Shown here one piece after another: positions 27,907 through 38,114 of a stretch of 61,193 nucleotides of DNA. The translations under genes were made by a program, and so were the position numbers. The stretch spans positions 64,800 to 125,992 of the forward strand of contig CAZAIK010000003.1 of the NCBI GenBank assembly GCA_964485195.1. Direction: 5' to 3'. Every line of letters begins with the position of its first letter. The first letter of the stretch is position 1. This stretch comes from an uncultured Methanosarcinales archaeon (lineage in GTDB: Archaea > Nanobdellota > Nanobdellia > Woesearchaeales > CAIVOO01). Under the pieces are notes generated by a model. It did no database searches, was not told the origin of the DNA, and worked only from the letters and a program-made list of their open reading frames with translations.

Positions 27907-29694
27907 ATGAAAAAACTGGTTATCCTGCTGATATTAGCAGCACTGATTCCCTCAGTTTTAGCCCAGTCCGGATCCATAAAATTGCTTGCGGTTTCAGAAT
28001 TAGGGAACGGTACCTACACTGGTAGCGTTGTGGACTTGCATCTTGAAGTAAAAGAGGGAGAAGGGAGGGTTTTTATTGACTCATTCCCCTTCACAAAGCT
28101 TGATACCCAGATTACCACAAGGACTGCAAAGCAGATAGCCTGCGATTATGCCGACAGGAACTGCAATGTTCATGATTTCTTCTACACTATAAATTCTTCT
28201 GCTTCAATAGTAGGAGGTCCAAGCGCGGGAGCTGCAACTGCAGTGCTTACAGTGGCAGTGTTAGAAGGGCTGCCGCTGAACAGTTCCATTGCCATTACCG
28301 GAACCATCAATGCAGGCAACATAATAGGCACGGTGGGAGGCCTTAAGGAAAAAATAAGGGCAGCCTCTGAAAATGGCATTGAAAAAGTAATCATACCTGC
28401 GGGAAGTTCAATTATTGAGGTTAACAATGAAACAATAAATCTTACTGAATACGGGAGAAAGTGGAATATTTCAGTGCAGCAGTCCCCGACGCTTGGAAAA
28501 GCGCTGGAAACATTCACAGGCAAAAAGATAAAGGAGCCTGAAAAGAATTACTCTGTAAGCCCCGTTTACCTGTCTACTATGAAATCAATATCAAAAAAGC
28601 TCTGTGACAGAAGCACGGAAATACTTGCAGATGTCCTGCAGGAGAATTACGCTGTGGGAAATGTTCTTGACAACAAGTCTGTAAAGCTTGAGCAGGATGT
28701 AAATGATTTGGTGGCAAAAGCGAGAGAGGCGATGCGGGAAGGCTTTTATTACAGCGTAGCCAGTTACTGTTATGGGGCAGGATTGAGAAACACCCAAATC
28801 AGCATAATAGAAGACAATCTCACCTTCGACGAGATGAACTCTGTCATTAACAAGCTCCAGTCCCAGCTGGAAGACTATGAAAAACTGGTTGATGAATGGG
28901 AAATAAACACCATAACAGACCTGGAAAGCTATATGATTGTGAAGGAAAGGCTTTACGATGCGAGGAAAAACATTGAAGATTTCAAAAAAAGTGCAGAGAA
29001 AGAAGATTATGACGGGGCTGTGCTGGAGCTTGCCAGTGTTATCTCCAGGTTTAGCAGTGCCAAGTCCTGGTCAGCTTTTCATAGTAAGGGGGGAAAGCCC
29101 ATTGACATAGACAAGTCCTCGCTAAAACTTTCCTGCAAACAGAAGCTGGCAGAGGCGGAGGAGAGATTTCAATATGTTAATTTCTATTTCCCCGGGATTA
29201 TCAGCAGGATAAGGCTTGACATAAATGAGGCGCTTTCCAACTATGGTTCAGAGAACTATGCGATGTGCCTGTTCCTTGCGACCAAGGCAAAAGCTGACAT
29301 AGACTCTGTTGCCACCACCATCGGAGCTGGCGAGGCAGATTTTGATTTTCTTATAAACCAGCGCCTTGAAATTGCAAGGGAAGCCATTGCAGAACAGCAC
29401 GCCCAGGGAGCATTTCCTATCATAGGGTACAGCTATTATGAATATGCATTGGACTTGTTAAAGAATAATGAGACAGGCACAAAAGCAACAGCCCTGGTTT
29501 ACACTGGATACGCCCTTGAACTCAGCCGGCTGGACATTTATTTTGAAAAGAGGGGGATTGAATTCAGGATTGATTCAAAAAGGCTGTCTTACCTGCTCAT
29601 ATTTTTTGGAGGATTTGTTGTCGGAATTCTTGTTTATGATGTTCTGACAAGGTCAAGAAAAGGAAAATCAAAAAAGCGCAGGAAAAGGAAATAA
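27907..29694 (+). CDS. Secreted/membrane-anchored S16 (Lon-like) serine protease
   Basis: GEGRVF, GGPSAGAA (catalytic Ser), TGTIN, VGGLKEK (Lys); signal peptide and C-terminal TM. Confidence 0.9.
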   Translation: MKKLVILLILAALIPSVLAQSGSIKLLAVSELGNGTYTGSVVDLHLEVKEGEGRVFIDSFPFTKLDTQITTRTAKQIACDYADRNCNVHDFFYTINSSASIVGGPSAGAATAVLTVAVLEGLPLNSSIAITGTINAGNIIGTVGGLKEKIRAASENGIEKVIIPAGSSIIEVNNETINLTEYGRKWNISVQQSPTLGKALETFTGKKIKEPEKNYSVSPVYLSTMKSISKKLCDRSTEILADVLQENYAVGNVLDNKSVKLEQDVNDLVAKAREAMREGFYYSVASYCYGAGLRNTQISIIEDNLTFDEMNSVINKLQSQLEDYEKLVDEWEINTITDLESYMIVKERLYDARKNIEDFKKSAEKEDYDGAVLELASVISRFSSAKSWSAFHSKGGKPIDIDKSSLKLSCKQKLAEAEERFQYVNFYFPGIISRIRLDINEALSNYGSENYAMCLFLATKAKADIDSVATTIGAGEADFDFLINQRLEIAREAIAEQHAQGAFPIIGYSYYEYALDLLKNNETGTKATALVYTGYALELSRLDIYFEKRGIEFRIDSKRLSYLLIFFGGFVVGILVYDVLTRSRKGKSKKRRKRK

Positions 29695-30168
29695 TCCTTT
29701 TTGGGTTGGTTCAGCTATCCTTGTATTGTGGCTCCCGTACCTTAGGCAAGCCACATTGTCGGGATAGAAAATATGGGTCTTTTTGGCTGTTAAATAACTT
29801 CCTGAAGGATTACAGCAGTCAATAAGAAGGGCTGCATATTTTCCACTGTCATATTTGCCGACCCATTTGCAGACACGTCTGGGCTTTCCATTATCAAGGA
29901 AGAACCATTCATCTTCAACAGCATCTCCGTGAGCGTTCAGAATAGCAATCCTGTTGTTATTCTTGGCTTTGCATATTCCTATGAGTTTTATAGTTTCAAG
30001 AAGTGTTGCTCTTTTAATACTTAGGCTTATTGAAGATTTAAGGGAGTCTTCCCTTTTCATCTTTCCTTTATCGCTGGTGGCGATTTGTTCAGAATAGATG
30101 TCCTCACTTATATGAAAATCGATTGAAAGGGGCATATGATAATAGTAATTTCTTTTGAAATGTCTCAT
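29668..30168 (-). CDS. Small hypothetical protein with caspase-hemoglobinase-like HG/C motifs
   Basis: AILNAHG...LLIDCCNP. Confidence 0.5.
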   Translation of the reverse strand: MRHFKRNYYYHMPLSIDFHISEDIYSEQIATSDKGKMKREDSLKSSISLSIKRATLLETIKLIGICKAKNNNRIAILNAHGDAVEDEWFFLDNGKPRRVCKWVGKYDSGKYAALLIDCCNPSGSYLTAKKTHIFYPDNVACLRYGSHNTRIAEPTQKGLFPFPALF

Positions 30169-30201
30169 TTTTAATGCGTCATTTTTTCTTAGAATTCTAA
30201 A

Positions 30202-30244
30202 ACCTTAGCAAGGCCCTCCCTTGCGGGAAGGACGCTTGCCAGGT
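30202..30244 (-). promoter_or_regulatory. GNRA-capped long hairpin in the leader of the 29668..30168 gene
   Basis: Minus strand ACCUGGCAAGCGUCCUUCCC-GCAA-GGGAGGGCCUUGCUAAGGU; TATA-like GAAAAGTTTAAATA at about 30307-30320 (-). Confidence 0.5.
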
Positions 30245-30371
30245 AAAAGAGGCGAATATGAACCACCCCCTAACGGGTTTATCTACTATGGAGTAGTTTA
30301 GCTAATATTTAAACTTTTCGATTTTAAAGTGGTAACAAATTTTATAAACCATTATTTTATACTTATCTAAT

Positions 30372-31415
30372 ATGATAATAGGGCTTACAGGCACTCTCTG
30401 CGCAGGGAAGGGCACAATTGCTGAATTCTTAAAGGAGAAAGGCTTTGAATACTATTCCCTGTCTGATGAGATAAGAAAGGAGCTGGATTCCCTGGGGCTG
30501 GAAAGGACAAGAGCGAACCTTATTGACAAGGCCAACGAATTGAGGGAGATGTACGGGGCAGGCGCCCTGGCAAAAAGGGTCCTGTACAGGCTGTCAAACA
30601 GGAAAACAAGTGCAGTAGTGGACGGAATCAGGAATCCTGAAGAGGTTAGGGAGCTGAGAAAAAGGCCTGATTTTTACCTGTTGGGCATAGATTCCAGCCA
30701 GCGCGCCCGATTCAAAAGAATGCTAAAAAGAAAAAGAGGGGAAAAGGATCCGGAAACACTGGAAGAGTTCAGGAAGCTGGACCAGAGTGACAGGGGAATA
30801 GGAACTCCTGAAACTGCACAGCAGGTGGGCAAGACAATGAAAATGGCAGATGCAATAATATTGAACAACAGCTCGCTCAAGAAGCTTCAGGAAAAGCTTG
30901 GGAAAGCGCTTTCTGATTTTCAAAAAAGGCATAACAACTACAAAAGGCCAAGCTGGGACGAGTATTTTATGGAAGTTGCAAGGATTATTGCAAAAAGGTC
31001 AACCTGTGACAGGGGCAGGAGCGGCTGCGTGATAGCCAGGGACAGGCAGCTGCTGGTAAGCGGATATGTGGGCTCTCCTGTAGGGTTTTCCCACTGCGAT
31101 GAAATAGGCCATTATATGAAAAAGCTCATACACGAGGACGGCAGGATTACACAACACTGCCTGCGGACAGTCCACGCAGAGCAGAATGCCGTCTGCCAGG
31201 CGGCAAAGCTTGGGACGTCCTTGTCTGGTGCCACTTTATACTGCAAGATGACTCCCTGCAGGACCTGCGCAATGCTGATAATAAACTGCGGAATAAAGAG
31301 GGTTGTGTGCGAGAAAAAATATCATTCAGGGGAAGATTCTGAAAAGATGTTCAAGCAGGCAGGAGTGAAACTTGAGTATTTTGATGAATCTGTTGAAAAA
31401 TATGACAATCAGTAG
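30372..31415 (+). CDS. Fusion: P-loop nucleotide kinase (dephospho-CoA/CMP kinase-like) plus dCMP deaminase
   Basis: GLTGTLCAGKGT, DGIRNPEEV; RPSWDEYFM, RSTC, HAEQNA, PCRTC. Confidence 0.92.
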   Translation: MIIGLTGTLCAGKGTIAEFLKEKGFEYYSLSDEIRKELDSLGLERTRANLIDKANELREMYGAGALAKRVLYRLSNRKTSAVVDGIRNPEEVRELRKRPDFYLLGIDSSQRARFKRMLKRKRGEKDPETLEEFRKLDQSDRGIGTPETAQQVGKTMKMADAIILNNSSLKKLQEKLGKALSDFQKRHNNYKRPSWDEYFMEVARIIAKRSTCDRGRSGCVIARDRQLLVSGYVGSPVGFSHCDEIGHYMKKLIHEDGRITQHCLRTVHAEQNAVCQAAKLGTSLSGATLYCKMTPCRTCAMLIINCGIKRVVCEKKYHSGEDSEKMFKQAGVKLEYFDESVEKYDNQ

Positions 31416-31463
31416 CGAAGGCGACTAGCAACACTTAAATTCCTGAAACAGTCGCTGTTCTTT

Positions 31464-32432
31464 ATGAGGCGATACCATTTTTATATTTTTTACGCTTTCC
31501 TTCTTTTATTCTTGGCCTCTTGCTCTATTACAGGATATTTTGATTACCCTGCTGACGAATCAGACTTTATAAAGGCATATTTCTGCCCCCAATCCAATTG
31601 CTCTGGAATGATAGCAAAGGAGATAATGAAGGCAAACTTTTCTGTTTACTGCGCCTTTTACGAAGTTAACCTGGACAATGTGATAAACGCTCTGAAAGAA
31701 AAATCAAAAAAAGCAGACGTAAGGCTTTTCACAGACAACAATTATCCAGTCAAGCTCCCATTTGCCAGGACAGATGAAAGAACAGGGCTGATGCACAACA
31801 AGTTCTGCGTTATTGATGAGAAGAGAGTGATAACAGGCTCTTGTAACCCAACCTTTAGCGGGCTGGACAACCAGAACAACCTGATAATTGCGGAATCCAA
31901 AGTACTTGCCCGAAATTACCTTGATGAATTCAGGGAATTTGAACATGGCTATTTTGGGAAAGGAAACAGGGTGAAGCACAAGGAGATTACAATAAATAAC
32001 ACAAAAGTGCGGAATTACTTCTGCCCAGAGGACTGGTGCACTGACAAGGTCCTTAAAACAGTTAATCAGGCGAGTGAATCAGTGCATTTTATGATATTCT
32101 CTTTTACAGATGATTCATTGGGGGACTTATTGGTAAAAAAGCATAACGATGGAGTGGAGGTGAAGGGGCTGCTTGATAATTTCCAGAACAAGGGAAGCCA
32201 ATACAGCGAATATAAGAAGCTTGTTGATAAAGGAATCAATGTCTCGCTTTACGGCAATTCCAGGGAATTTCTGCACAACAAAGTCATTATAGTTGATTCA
32301 GAAATAGTCATAACCGGTTCTTACAATCCTACCCGAAACGGGGACAGGGTGAATGATGAGAATATCCTGATAATTTATGATGAAAAGGTTGCTGAAGAAT
32401 ATGAGGATAAATTAAGGGACTTGCTAAAATAG
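31464..32432 (+). CDS. Phospholipase D-family (two HKD) secreted nuclease/lipase
   Basis: HNKFCVID..TGSCN and HNKVIIVD..TGSYN; lipobox-like LASC. Confidence 0.9.
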   Translation: MRRYHFYIFYAFLLLFLASCSITGYFDYPADESDFIKAYFCPQSNCSGMIAKEIMKANFSVYCAFYEVNLDNVINALKEKSKKADVRLFTDNNYPVKLPFARTDERTGLMHNKFCVIDEKRVITGSCNPTFSGLDNQNNLIIAESKVLARNYLDEFREFEHGYFGKGNRVKHKEITINNTKVRNYFCPEDWCTDKVLKTVNQASESVHFMIFSFTDDSLGDLLVKKHNDGVEVKGLLDNFQNKGSQYSEYKKLVDKGINVSLYGNSREFLHNKVIIVDSEIVITGSYNPTRNGDRVNDENILIIYDEKVAEEYEDKLRDLLK

Positions 32433-32463
32433 GAAAATAAAGAATGGCTTATTTTAATCAAGG

Positions 32464-32613
32464 GGTTAAGCCAATTATTGCACGTTTTCTGCTATGCACT
32501 GCCAAGCGAGGTCCTCAATTAACTTCGGATTTTGAATAAATCGGTTTCAGAAGCGGTTTTGGAAGCGGACAGAGCGCAGTGCCAGCATGCACAATCATCA
32601 ACTTGACTTAACA
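32464..32613 (+). mobile_element. MITE-like element, copy 3 (150 bp)
   Basis: Ends GGTTAAGCCAATT / ACTTGACTTAACA; 9-bp direct repeat TAATCAAGG (32455-32463, 32614-32622). Confidence 0.88.
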
Positions 32614-32658
32614 TAATCAAGGCAAACTTTTTAAATACCGGTCTTTTCGCCCTCGATT

Positions 32659-33423
32659 ATGCCAGATAAGCCTAAAACAATTGTTGTTCTTGGAAGCCAC
32701 CGTTCAGGCAGTTCTCTTTTGGCAGGCATTTTGCAAAAGCTGGGCATTGATATGGGCAGGAATCTCATTGGAAAAGCCTATGACAATCCAAGCGGACATT
32801 TTGAGGACATTTCATTTACAAAACTTAATGAGCGAATCCTCTCTTCTGCAGGAGGAAGGTGGAATTCCCCTCCTCCCCGAGCCAAGATTGAAGAGCAAAA
32901 AACCAAATTTTCTGACTCAATAAAAAAACTTGTAAGCAGGAAAAACCAACAGCTCCTATTCGGTTGGAAAGATCCCAGAACCAGTTTGTTGATATCCTTA
33001 TATGAGCCTTATCTTGAAAACCCCTACTATGTGGTGTGTGACCGCAATCTTGAAGAGATTCTTAACTCCTTGGCCAGAAGAGAGGGCAGGCCTAAAAGAG
33101 AGATTAAAAAATATGTCTTAAGATACCTTAGGGATATAGATGAATTTGTTAGCAAACAACCCAAGAAAAAGGTTTTGAGAATCAAGTATGATAATTTAGT
33201 AAAAAACCCAAAGGGAAATGTTGATTTAATAATAAGGTTCTTATCTCTTAAACCTTCCAAGAGGAGATATAATGATGCTTTGAGATTAGTCAAATCAAGG
33301 CGTGAGCTTTTTTTCGCGAAAAAGCTTTATTTAATCAGGGCAATATTCACTAAACCAAGGATGGTGTTGGGAGAGATTATAAAACGCTGGATACTAAGAC
33401 CTTTGAACTTGATTAGGGACTAA
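32659..33423 (+). CDS. Sulfotransferase family protein
   Basis: VLGSHRSGSS PAPS loop, NPSGHFED, GWKDPR, YDNLV..P. Confidence 0.88.
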   Translation: MPDKPKTIVVLGSHRSGSSLLAGILQKLGIDMGRNLIGKAYDNPSGHFEDISFTKLNERILSSAGGRWNSPPPRAKIEEQKTKFSDSIKKLVSRKNQQLLFGWKDPRTSLLISLYEPYLENPYYVVCDRNLEEILNSLARREGRPKREIKKYVLRYLRDIDEFVSKQPKKKVLRIKYDNLVKNPKGNVDLIIRFLSLKPSKRRYNDALRLVKSRRELFFAKKLYLIRAIFTKPRMVLGEIIKRWILRPLNLIRD

Positions 33424-33455
33424 TTTTATGAGAGAATAAGAAGAAAAAGAAAAAA

Positions 33456-34820
33456 TCAATAATAGCTCTGGGTGGCGTCAAACTCTTCCTCTCCTTCACC
33501 TTTGTTGCCCTTGCTTCTTGTGACTACAAGCACTATGACCACAAGCACCAGCACTATCACGAGTGCAATAAGCAGGTAGGTCAGTATGGTGTTGAAGGAG
33601 GTCTGGTCAAAGGATGCGCTTGACTCCACAACGTCTGCCTTGAAGTTTGCGGTTCCCACAACCTGGTTGTCGGACTTTATCACTGCGCTGAACTCGTGCG
33701 GCCCTACCTCTGCATTTTCATCTGCTGAAGCATACACATAAACCGCTTTTGACTGTCCGGGTCCTACAACAACTAGGTTTCCCGGGCTCAGCCTGATGGT
33801 TGCCCAGTCCACCCCTGAAACGTCAACCAGGAAGGATTCTGCTGTGCTTCCCTGATTGGTTATTGTGATTGAGTAAATTGAGCCTCCCTCTCCCTGAGTC
33901 AGCACCTTGGAGTTTGAGTCGTAGTTAATCATAACATTGCCGCTCACAACGTCCTGCTCTTCTTCCTCCTCAGTTTCTTCCTGCTCTTCTTCCTCTTCAT
34001 CTGAAGGGGTTAGGTCAAGGTCTGATTCAAGCACTTCAAAATCAACCTGCTCAACAACCTTGTCGTGGTCGTTGTTGAACTCAGCTGTTACTTTCATAGT
34101 GTAAATTCCAGGGTCGGTGTCAACAGGGATTCTCAGCAATAGGTCGTCAGATGTTTTTGAGTCATCTTCCTCTATCTCATTAATGTAAGTCACGTCTGAA
34201 ATTCCCAGTTCCTCTACTTCAGCTTCCACTCTGATGTCTTCCTCATCCTGAGCTCCTATGTTCTTTAGCCTGACGTTTGCAATAAGTGATCTTCCTGCCC
34301 TTACCTTTTCTGCAGGGCTAAGCAGAATGTCCCTTATCTTCAGCTCGTGCTCAGGAGCGTCTATTTTAAGGTTGTAGTTGAAGTTTGCCAGTGAGCTGTA
34401 CCTGTCAGCGATTGACACCCTTAACTTGTAATCATCTTTTTCCACAAGCTGCGGAAGCTCCAGCTCCAGCTTGACAGGGTATTCCACATTTGCTTCAACG
34501 TCCGGGAGGTATTCAACATCGGATATTCTCTCATCGTCGTTGTATTCATATCCTGAAACGTACGCCGAAACTTCAACATCTGTAAGATTAACGTGTGACT
34601 GTAATTTTACAAGAACTTCCAGTTCCTGATCCCTTTCCATATTGGTCCTGATGGTTTCATTGTCAGTGACCTGGTCTCCGTTCACTTTAACGTAAAGAAC
34701 GTCAATTCCTGGAGTGTAGCCGAAATTGTCTGCGTTCACGCTTGCAGAAGCAAAAACTGCCACTAACATTAGCATTACGATGCTTATAATTGCTGATATA
34801 CTCTTGTTCATTTTACTCAT
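33456..34820 (-). CDS. Putative S-layer/major surface protein (CARDB-like domains, C-terminal TM)
   Basis: Signal peptide, very acidic, LKNIG..DEED, LRIP..PGIY, C-terminal TM and YY tail; SD GGAGG and long leader. Confidence 0.75.
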   Translation of the reverse strand: MSKMNKSISAIISIVMLMLVAVFASASVNADNFGYTPGIDVLYVKVNGDQVTDNETIRTNMERDQELEVLVKLQSHVNLTDVEVSAYVSGYEYNDDERISDVEYLPDVEANVEYPVKLELELPQLVEKDDYKLRVSIADRYSSLANFNYNLKIDAPEHELKIRDILLSPAEKVRAGRSLIANVRLKNIGAQDEEDIRVEAEVEELGISDVTYINEIEEDDSKTSDDLLLRIPVDTDPGIYTMKVTAEFNNDHDKVVEQVDFEVLESDLDLTPSDEEEEEQEETEEEEEQDVVSGNVMINYDSNSKVLTQGEGGSIYSITITNQGSTAESFLVDVSGVDWATIRLSPGNLVVVGPGQSKAVYVYASADENAEVGPHEFSAVIKSDNQVVGTANFKADVVESSASFDQTSFNTILTYLLIALVIVLVLVVIVLVVTRSKGNKGEGEEEFDATQSYY

Positions 34821-34901
34821 TTTAAGCCTCCCAAACCACTTTTTTTGTGGAAACTCTCAACAAACACCCCCTTTTCTTTTCTTTGCTGTAGTAAAAGCCC
34901 G

Positions 34902-34920
34902 CTTATATTTAAAGCTTTCG
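34902..34920 (-). promoter_or_regulatory. BRE/TATA promoter of the putative S-layer gene
   Basis: Minus strand CGAAAGCTTTAAATATAAG about 85 nt upstream of the ATG. Confidence 0.6.
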
Positions 34921-34946
34921 TTTTTTAGTACTTTGGAGTAGCTAAA

Positions 34947-37900
34947 CTATCCATTCAGCACAAAAAGCTCCCTGTAAGCGGTCTTTGTAATATCGCCATT
35001 CCTGATCTTGAACTTGATGTCATAGGCGCCTGGCTCTGCATATGCAGGAATGTCTAGATAGAGCGTTTTGGGCTCATCTTCTCCCTCATCCAGGTCCAGG
35101 CTTGCGCTTGCGTAAGCATCAAGGTCGTAAACATAAACTGCGAGCTTCAAATCCGCCAAGTCCAGGTCTCCTGTGTTTTCCAGTGTGACACTTACCGGAA
35201 CAAAGTCGCCTGGATAGGCATATTCGTCAAACCTTATCCTCATAGACAAATCATAATCAGGCTCGTCTGCCCCTTCCTCAATTGGCGGCTGGTAATACTC
35301 AAACGCGCCAGTATCTGATGTTATCATCCTGGCTCCTGAATATCCCCAATTTCCGAATTCATCCCGGCAGCTGACCTGCCAGCTGTGCTCTCCGGAAGGC
35401 AATGCATAAGTTATGGTATTCAGGCCCTGTTGTGCAGGGTTTTGAGCAACATTTTGTCCGTCAACATACAGGTAACAAACATTTACGTCTGATTCGTCAG
35501 TAACATTAAACTTGAAATCAACATTCTCTGTTTTCATAACTGCCCTGTCCCCTGGGCTGAAAAGCCTTACCACAGGAGGATTTAATTCCTCTGGTGTTCC
35601 ATTTGTCTGATTACCATTAGTCTGGTTGGTGTCATTGATTTCTGAAACTATCTCAATCATTATGGAGTCATTGCCCACCATTCCCTGGCTGTCGCTGGCA
35701 TAAAGTATTATTGTGTGATTTCCAGCGCTTAGCTGGGCTGTCTGCACACTCTCGCCTTCACCCAGAAGATTCTGGGAGTTGTTGAAAATTGTAGTCCACA
35801 ATAATGAATCACCTGATAATATGCCTTCTTCAGGGTCAAAGCCCTCTCCCGTGAATACAATATTGCTTCCCTCTTCAAAAACAGCACCATCATCAGGGCT
35901 GATTATATTTGCGAAAGGAGCGTTATTGGTCTGATTCTGGGCAAGTATGATAATGTTAATTGTGTCAGAATCGCTTTGCCCCTGGCTGTCTGTTGCAACA
36001 GCAGTTATCTCGTGCACACCAATGCTCAGGCTGCTTATAAGTACGCTGGTGCCGTTCGCAAATTGTCCGTCTATGCCTGAAAACCACGTTATGCTGTTTC
36101 CTGTCAGTATGCCATCTTCAGGGTCTGTGGCAGAACCCTCAAACAATATGAGGCTTCCATTCTGGAATGAGGTGCCGTTCAAAGGGCTGGTTATGCTCAT
36201 TTCAGGCGGATTGTTTATTCCCGTGCCTGTTTCTGTAACATTTATATTAACATTGTCTGTTCCAGTTGCCCCCTGGCTGTCAGTGGCGTTGAAAGTGATT
36301 GTGTGTTCACCCACTGAAAGGTTTGAGAATATGAAAGAGGCAGTGTTGCCTATCAACCCATCAATATCTGAGAACCATTGCAAAACAAGATTGGTTCCGT
36401 CCTCATTGTCTGTCGCGGTTCCCTGGAAAGCTATTGAACTTCCATTGATGAATTCTGCTCCATCAGCAGGATTTATTATGGTTGCATCAGGGATTGAGTT
36501 GTTTCCTGCCTGTGCAGGTTCCACAGTGATCGTTACGCTGTCAGAATCATTTAGACCTTCTGAGTCAAAAGCGTAAACAGTGATTGTGTGGGTTCCGCTG
36601 GAAAGCCCGGAATAAATGAAGTCTATGCCGTGATTGATGAATCCATCTATGTCAGAATACCATTCAATGCTGTACCCTCCCAATACACCTTCCTCAGGGT
36701 CATTTGCATAGGCAAGGAATCTCACACCATCGCCTTCGTTGAAGCCTGCCCCGTCAAGGGGGTATATTATCTCGACTTCTGGCTCAAGATTCTGGCCTTC
36801 CTCCACCACACTTATTCTTATCGTGTCCTCTGCCGTCGCTCCCTGATAGTCTGTTGCAACTGCTGTTATCTGGTGGGTTCCAACATTAGTGAATATGAAA
36901 CTAACATTCGTTCCATTCGCAAAATTGACATCGTTATCATACCATCTTACATTATCGCCTGTTAGCGTACCATCTTCAGCGTCGATTGCGATAGCTGAGA
37001 AATCTATTGCGGTGTTGTTCAAGAAAACACTGTCATCCTCAGGATTTGTTATGTCAATCTCAGGTTGCTGGTTTGAGGTGTCATTCATTACGTTGATAAT
37101 GACAGAATCACTTGCTGTGCCATTCTCATAGTCTGTGACAGAGCATACCGCTGTCCAGTTGCCTTCAGTATTCAGCTCCTGTTCTATTGATATTGTTTCA
37201 TTTGCTGTGTAAATATTTGTTTCAGTTGTTGGGATTCCGTCAGGGGCTATTAAGCTGAAATTGTAATTGTAAGGGGCTGTTCCATTTTCCACTGAGCAAG
37301 TGAAATTAACTGCCAACGGTCTTGTTCCTGAGGTCTGGTTTGCTGTCAAGCTCACTGAAATGTTTGTTTCATTCTCCTGCGCTCCACTGAGTATTGTGAT
37401 TGTTATTGAATCTGTTCCATTAAAGCCCTGGCTGTCTGTTGCCGTAAGTGTTATGTTATGAGTGCCTGCACTCAAGTTCTCATAATTTAACTGAGCGCCC
37501 TGTCCAAAATTTCCGTTGATGTCAGAACTCCATTGCAGGCTTGCTCCTGTCAGGCTTCCGTCTTCTGGGTCATTTGCTGTTCCTGAAAAGATTATTGTTG
37601 CCCCCTCTGTGAAGGAGGCGCCGTCATTGGGTGTGTTAATCTGCACAGAGGGAGGATTGTTTGGCCGTGCACTCTGAAGTATTGTGATGCTGTCCTCTCC
37701 AATCCTTACCCAGCCCAGGCTGCCTCCGTAAAATTTTGAGACTTCACACTTCCAAGTTTCTCCTGGCAGGGTGTATTGCGGAGAGACGTACGCTCCGCTA
37801 ATTCCTGTCTCTTGATTATTTTTATGCCAGGTGTAAGAAAACCCGTTTCCATTCACCAGCACGTTGCAGAAAAGCTGGTCATCTTCATATGCAGGATCCG

Positions 37901-37985
37901 GCTCTATCTGGACAGCGCCGTCTGCATAGGCAAAAGAAGCAAAAAATACTAAAATTATCAAGATTGGCAATATCCTCAATTTCAT
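34947..37985 (-). CDS. Large secreted PKD/Ig-repeat surface protein
   Basis: About six repeats of P.DG..F..G..I.F.G.A.DPEDG.L...W.SDIDG...LS.G.H.IT.TATDSQG; C-terminal CARDB-like domain. Confidence 0.88.
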   Translation of the reverse strand: MKLRILPILIILVFFASFAYADGAVQIEPDPAYEDDQLFCNVLVNGNGFSYTWHKNNQETGISGAYVSPQYTLPGETWKCEVSKFYGGSLGWVRIGEDSITILQSARPNNPPSVQINTPNDGASFTEGATIIFSGTANDPEDGSLTGASLQWSSDINGNFGQGAQLNYENLSAGTHNITLTATDSQGFNGTDSITITILSGAQENETNISVSLTANQTSGTRPLAVNFTCSVENGTAPYNYNFSLIAPDGIPTTETNIYTANETISIEQELNTEGNWTAVCSVTDYENGTASDSVIINVMNDTSNQQPEIDITNPEDDSVFLNNTAIDFSAIAIDAEDGTLTGDNVRWYDNDVNFANGTNVSFIFTNVGTHQITAVATDYQGATAEDTIRISVVEEGQNLEPEVEIIYPLDGAGFNEGDGVRFLAYANDPEEGVLGGYSIEWYSDIDGFINHGIDFIYSGLSSGTHTITVYAFDSEGLNDSDSVTITVEPAQAGNNSIPDATIINPADGAEFINGSSIAFQGTATDNEDGTNLVLQWFSDIDGLIGNTASFIFSNLSVGEHTITFNATDSQGATGTDNVNINVTETGTGINNPPEMSITSPLNGTSFQNGSLILFEGSATDPEDGILTGNSITWFSGIDGQFANGTSVLISSLSIGVHEITAVATDSQGQSDSDTINIIILAQNQTNNAPFANIISPDDGAVFEEGSNIVFTGEGFDPEEGILSGDSLLWTTIFNNSQNLLGEGESVQTAQLSAGNHTIILYASDSQGMVGNDSIMIEIVSEINDTNQTNGNQTNGTPEELNPPVVRLFSPGDRAVMKTENVDFKFNVTDESDVNVCYLYVDGQNVAQNPAQQGLNTITYALPSGEHSWQVSCRDEFGNWGYSGARMITSDTGAFEYYQPPIEEGADEPDYDLSMRIRFDEYAYPGDFVPVSVTLENTGDLDLADLKLAVYVYDLDAYASASLDLDEGEDEPKTLYLDIPAYAEPGAYDIKFKIRNGDITKTAYRELFVLNG

Positions 37986-38114
37986 TTTTAACTATCGCCC
38001 CCAATTTCTACTTTGTAGTGAGAACAGTTATATATAAATGTTTCGTTTTTAAAATATTTATTAAGATTTTCATAAGATTTATAAATGGAACTTTTACCCA
38101 AAATATGGGGGATA

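Noticed and set aside
18571..32613. CRISPR interpretation of the recurring intergenic sequence
   Set aside because: Copies are dispersed, ~150 bp, with TIRs and TSDs; there is no repeat-spacer periodicity and no cas gene.
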